Below, piece after piece: positions 58,374 to 64,000 of a stretch of DNA of 64,000 bases. Made by a program: the position numbers and the translations under genes. The notes under the pieces are model-generated. The model did no database searches, was not told where the DNA came from, and worked only from the letters and a program-made list of their open reading frames with translations. How positions within the stretch are numbered: position 1 is the stretch's first letter; the number at the start of each line of letters is the position of its first letter. The stretch is from Thalia democratica (lineage: Eukaryota): positions 46,500,001 through 46,564,000 of the forward strand of contig OZ241828.1 in the NCBI GenBank assembly GCA_965202585.1. The letters run 5' to 3'.

Positions 58374-59121
58374 TAAGGGTGGTCAAGACTTTTGATCTGT
58401 GGGCCAGAATCCTAAAATTTCAGTCCTTTGCGGGCCGGAGCATTTTAAATAAGGGATCTACCAGATAATGCCTTTTTAGATCCAGATCTTAACTTGAAAA
58501 ATTATCCGGATCCAACCAGGTACTAGTTTTTAAATAAGATCCGGTTGGATCTCTAGAAAAAAAAATGGGTCTGGCAGGATGATAACTTTATAGATCCAGT
58601 AGATCACTATTTTTAATTCTTTTTTTTTTCACAAAAAGTTGTCAAATATGACATTTTAAGTATTTAGATTTCTATGTTTATATAATCCATGATCAAATTA
58701 ATACTAACTTTATAAATATAAAAATTTGATTACTAAAAATTACTAAATTTTGAGTGTGAAATTTTAAGTTAAAACTTTCAACTTTTTATTAAATTTTTGG
58801 AGTCATCTATTTTTGGCATCCTTGTGCTGGACTTTTATATTAATAATATTTCATTTCATATTTAATAATGATATTTAATTCAATATAAATAAAGATATTA
58901 CCAATGATTTTGAACAAAACAAAATGGTGTTTTTATCACTATACATAAATTAAAATTCAAATTTTAAATATGTTTTCTAAAGTCAAATTCTTCCAGTTTT
59001 TTTTGTAAAATTATGATACAAAGTTTTGATATAAAAATTTTGTAATATTGACCTTTGCGGGCCGGTCATTTTCACTCTGAGGGCCGGATCCAGCCCGCGG
59101 GCAGTACATTGCCCACCCCTA
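58374..59121. mobile_element. hAT (Charlie-like) non-autonomous element with 8-bp TSD
   Basis: TIRs taagggtggtcaa vs revcomp taggggtgggcaa (11/13); subterminal gcgggccgg motifs; TSD gtttaaaa / gtttaaca. Confidence 0.85.
58451..58609. mobile_element. Small MITE nested inside the hAT element
   Basis: TIRs aagggatctac vs revcomp tagtgatctac; TSD ttttaaat / tttttaat; interior rich in gatcc/ggatc. Confidence 0.7.
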
Positions 59122-59169
59122 GTTTAACACAAATTTTTGTAAAAAAAAAGATGGTGGATCCCCCTCATG

Positions 59170-59741
59170 CAGGGTTGCCACAGATCAAGCTGAGAAAAAC
59201 TTCCTGACTTTTTACTAAAATTTTCTTGACTTTTCTAAATCAAACTCTAAACTTAAACTTATTCTAAAATACATAATCTAACACTATCCAAAGCTTTCCT
59301 TATTTTTCCTTATTTTCCAAAGCCTTCAATATGGCGAGAATGAATTAAAAAATCATACGTCATAATTTAAAGTTATTTTTTAAGCTGTCTACAAACCAAA
59401 AAATTTTTCAAATTTCATTAACATTTATCACTTGAGAATGAAACTTGTATAGTTTTGAAAAGCTTTGTGTTAATAGAAAAATTTTGCAGTTTTATAAAGG
59501 ATATTTTATTAATTTATACTAGATGAAGGCATTGGAAATTAAGTAATTTTGTAAACTTTTATGAAAATTTTACAATTTTAGTCTGACATAAGAATTTTTA
59601 AATCATTTTCACCATTTGAATGCTTTGGAAAATAAGGAATTTTGTAAATTTGAACTGCCAATATCTAACTTTTTCTTAAATTTTGTTAAAATTCCTGACT
59701 TTTCCTATTTCCTGACTTTTCCTGACCATTTAGCAACCCTG
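59170..59741. mobile_element. Non-autonomous DNA transposon with CAGGGTTGC TIRs and a different interior
   Basis: cagggttgcca / tagcaaccctg; ttcctgacttt subterminal repeats at both ends; no clear TSD. Confidence 0.7.
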
Positions 59742-59925
59742 CTATTTTGGATGATAATTTTCAAAATATTATCTAACTTAATAAAGTTACTATAGTGGCC
59801 ACTCATGATAACATCATTAGGGAATGTAGAAACATAAACTACATATTTATCTCTCATATTATAGTGTTTAATTTTTTTGAGTTCAAAGATAACTGCATGT
59901 TTTAAAAATAAATAATACAGAACAA

Positions 59926-60170
59926 CAAGGTTGCCAAATATTTTTGGCAAATTTTCTCCGGATTTTCAAAATTTCTTCCAGGTTTTTAAAATTACACGTT
60001 TGAAGGTCTAATTTTCAGTTTAAAATTAAGTTTATGCTTAAAAACTGTGTTAAATAAAAAACGACATTGAAAAGATATCTTAAACAGGGTTTCCATTCGT
60101 TTTTTCAAATTTTTATCCAGGTTTTCCAAATTTCTTCCAGGTTTTCTAAATTCCTTTAGGTTTTTGAAAG
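59926..60170. mobile_element. Two abutting truncated left halves of the same MITE family
   Basis: caaggttgccaaatatttttggcaaattttctcc at 59926; a second start cagggtttccattcg at 60085; no right TIR seen. Confidence 0.65.
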
Positions 60171-62173
60171 CACATCTATTTTTTGATAATTTTTATCAGT
60201 AAGTTAATATTTGGTTAAAAAAAATTGCTGTTCAAAAGATATATATTACTTGAGAGTAACTTAGGTATTGCAATTTATTTTATTATGTTGGAACCTGTAC
60301 TAAATTCTTCTAAGATGGTTGTTTAAAAGCCTTTATGTTGGTTTAATACAAATGAAATATTTTATTCTTTTAAAAACAAAAAAAATTATAAATATTATTA
60401 TTAAACTATGAGTTAACAATTTTTTTTTTAATTTACAGTGTCTTGATATTACTAATAAAATTTATGAAAAAGTAATCAACAGAACCTAAGTTTTTGATTA
60501 AAGATAACATAAAATTAAAAAACAACAACTACCTTTAAAAAAATTTAAATCCTTAAATCTACAAGTAATTTTTTTATACAATTTAAACTCTAGAGAAAGA
60601 TACTAAAGCAAGTTTTAAATAAACAAATACTTAATTATTTTTTAAATTGAAATCAGAAACTAATTATAGAAAGTAAACATTGTTAACAAATAAAACTTTA
60701 CAATAAAAATATATATAGTAATTAAGTTAAGGGCATAGGGGGAGGAAAATCACTTTTTTTACAATTTGATCTCATTTTGTATAGTTTTTACTAAGCTACA
60801 AGATGCTTTTTACAGATTTAAAAAATTCAAAATAATTTTTGAACTCAAGCCAGTCATAGTCGGAGGCAACAATAGGTTCTTTATGGGAGGCACAAACTAA
60901 AACTGCAAAAGTAGACTATCTCACTTAAAATCTATCTTCTACATTTTTTGAGATAATTACCTTCAAATTTTTAGGAAATGTTCCTTGTAATATTTAGAAA
61001 ATTCTGTTGCAAGGAATTTAAAACCTTTGTATAAAAAATAAAAAAAAAATTATTTTTTTGTTTTTTTGTTATAAAATGTTTATTTTTTAATTGCTACAAA
61101 CAGAATAAAACCAAGGGAAAAACAGTAATATATGGTATCAACAAATAAGATAAGGTATTATAGGCCTTTAAAAGCTTTAGTATAACAATGCATATGTATT
61201 ATTTGTTTATGTTATAACATACTTTAAAAACAAAAATTTGGTAACAAAAACAAAAAAATCTTTTTTTAGTTTTTTTTTAATTTTCAGTTAAACACTATAA
61301 ATTCCCTAAAAAAGATTTTTATTAATTATTTAAATGAACTCTTCCTTAAAACTTGAGGTATATGTATTAAAAAATGTAAAAGAGGTAAGTTTTTAGTTAT
61401 TTTTATGTATTTGCTGTTTTAGTTTTCTCCTCCATTATGAGGAAGGAACCTATTGTGCTCTTTGGCTTTGACAGACTATATCTCAAAAACTAGTTAGGAT
61501 ATTAAAAAAACTGTAAAATCAACTTGTAGCTTAAAATTAAACCTGTACAAAATAATATCAAGAACTAAACATTTCATAAGACTATCCTAATCACTTAATT
61601 TAAATTCAAAATAATCTTAGAACATTTTATTGGTTTAGATCTGGAATTCCAAAATGTACACACTAATTGAAAAATCATAACCAATATTATTATGAAATTT
61701 TCAGTAGATTATTTTGAATCTTTAATTAAGTAGATTATTTCAACAATATAAATAAGCCTCGTTTACACACTTTTGGTTTTTGTTAAACTTATCTATAAAG
61801 CGTACTAGAGAAGCTTTGGTGTTGAATAAATATTTTTACAAGGTTGCCAAGCAAACTTTTGTAACCTTAGCCTGAATTTTCAAGATTTTGACCGAATTTA
61901 GCCTCACTTTTACCTCCTCCTAGGTATGCACTTTAAATACAGACTTTCAGTTAAATCAAATTTTGAGTATCAATATTTTGACATTTACGCACTTCTTATT
62001 CAGTACACATTTTAACCAAATAAAAGCTTTATGTCAGGTTTCTTTTTTATTTAGACTAGTAATTCTTAGCTACAAACTTCCTATTGAGTAGCTTCTGTGT
62101 TCACAATGTGTACTTCAGCAAGAGATAAGTAATAATAAGTTATTGGAATGTAAAAATAAATAATGTAGAACAA

Positions 62174-62505
62174 CAGGGCTGCCAAATATTTTTGGCAAAT
62201 TTTCTCCAGGTTTTCAAAATATCTTCCAGGTTTTTTAGATTACACATATTAAGGTCTATTTTTAGTTTGAAATTAAGTTTAAGGTAAAAAACTGGTTAAA
62301 TAGTATTATGACAGTGAAAAGTTATCTTAAGGCTTCTTTCAATGTGTTTTTTAATAAAAAATAATTTTTTTATGATGACAAAAAAAAAATTATGTATACA
62401 ATAGAGTTTTAGTGTTAAATCAAAATTTCTCAAAATACAGGTTTTTTTGACCTAGATTATCAAATACCAGGTTTTTCCAAGATTCCAGGTTTTTTGACAA
62501 CCCTT
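62174..62505. mobile_element. MITE, same family, complete copy
   Basis: TIRs cagggctgcca / tgacaaccctt; interior aligns by eye with the 38189 and 47503 copies. Confidence 0.8.
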
Positions 62506-64000
62506 TAATGTAAATTAAGTGATAAAAACTTTTACACTGAACCAGGTATACTTTTTTCTCACCGCTTACCTCGTTGCAAATAATCTTTAAATGTAAATAA
62601 CTCTGAAAAAATTATATATAAAGGTAAACCATGTACATAAACTTGTACATAAAATACTAAACTAAGTGCTTAATTATAAACATCTTAATAACTTACTTAA
62701 ACAAAAAACAGTCTGATTTAAATATTTTGCAAAATAGACTTTTTTGTATATATCAAGGACGGAAGTGTCCTTGCCACAGTGACAGATCATCGATACTAAA
62801 AAAATTACATACAACAACTACTTTTTCAAATAGGGTAATAGTTCAACATGTTTCTAGGAAACTTTTACTATTTTACTCTGACTTTGTAAAAGATTGTTTA
62901 TTTAATTTTACCATTAGAAGGCTTTAAAACTTACTTATTTTAATTATTAACTCAAATTTTTTTTTATTAATGTATATATAATTACTCAAAAGCTTTTGGT
63001 TTTAACCTTTTATTTTATTAGGAAAATTTTGCAATTTTAGTCAGACTTTAAAAAAAATCTTTGGTAATTACCTAGCTAAGTTGATGTTGCACAAATATCA
63101 AAGTGAAATTTTATTATATTCAATGATATTTTAACCATAATTTAAGGCTAATAATCAATGTTTTAAGCCTTATGTGTTGGATCTAAAAAGATACTTTGTT
63201 TTAAACAAGCTATATAATTACTAATTATTTTGACCCTTGTCGAGTAGTTCGTAACTCTCTTGAGGTAGCCAAGTTAATGTTTTCGGTTGTATTTCTTTTA
63301 TTCCACTTACTATTTGAGTACAAGTAAGAATTAATTTATTTATTAAAAACTAAAATATTTAATCCATTTATTTTGCGATATCAAATTCTACATAAATTAT
63401 TGTATTTATTATAATATAAACTATAATCGCTTTATATCTTAAAATAAAGGCAATCAAATATTTAAGTTTTATTAGTTTATAATAAATAAGTTTAATTTTC
63501 ATCTTAGGTGACTACAGGGTTGCCACTCGTTTTTTCAAAATTTTTTCCAGTATTTACATTTTTACTTCTTTCTTACATTATTTATACTACTTTTTATTAA
63601 TAAACAAATGTAAAATTACCTTTGTTTCTATCAAACACATAAGAATAACAGCTTGAGAAACATAAATCAATCACAATGAGAAATTATAAAACAAATAAAA
63701 TCTGAATGTAATGTCAAGAAAATGTATATCCAAATATTAGGTTATCTTAAACTTTGTGTGCCCATGCTTTGGTTCATTATACAGATATTTTTCAGATTTA
63801 TTTTCGATAGTTTTCAAATTTATTTTGGAAATAATTACATAAGCAGGGCGCCCTGCTCTCGTGCTTATATTATGGAATGTTATTTTAACTGCTGGCAACT
63901 TAGTTTTCTCTTCAAATGTGTATAGTAATGTCATTTCAACTTAGTGACTTTTAAACTTTTTTGTATTCTTTTAGTGTTTTTGTTTATCTATGCTACATAT

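Noticed and set aside
61400-63934. Scattered exon-like, slightly GC-richer patches (about 61420, 62075, 62760, 63620-63930)
   Set aside because: No consistent strand, phase chain or protein motif could be established by eye.

Overview
AT-rich animal genomic DNA with short GT-AG introns. The style fits a hydrozoan such as Hydra, but that is an inference. The dominant feature is a 28-exon minus-strand gene (ATG at 31723, running off the left edge) that the ORF track largely missed. It encodes a secreted protein of at least ~8,190 aa: signal peptide, 3 Sushi/CCP domains, a von Willebrand factor/gel-forming-mucin D1-D2-D'-D3 assembly, vWC-like modules, and then a single exon of >=19.2 kb. Where mucins carry a Pro/Thr/Ser domain, this exon carries 61 perfectly phased 306-bp (102-aa) units of two types, A and B, in an irregular binary order. 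The units are Gly/Ala/Asp/aromatic-rich, Cys-free and only ~6-8% Ser+Thr. Each unit is a ~45-aa block shared by A and B plus a ~57-aa A- or B-specific cassette. A second minus-strand gene (56501 to 45208) is a TASOR-like protein (DUF3715 pseudo-PARP plus SPOC-like domain plus a long low-complexity tail). The rest is intronic or intergenic DNA with two decayed LINE fragments and several non-autonomous DNA transposons, including a nested pair and a family with apparent 6-bp target duplications. All translations and splice models were done by hand and need RNA confirmation.
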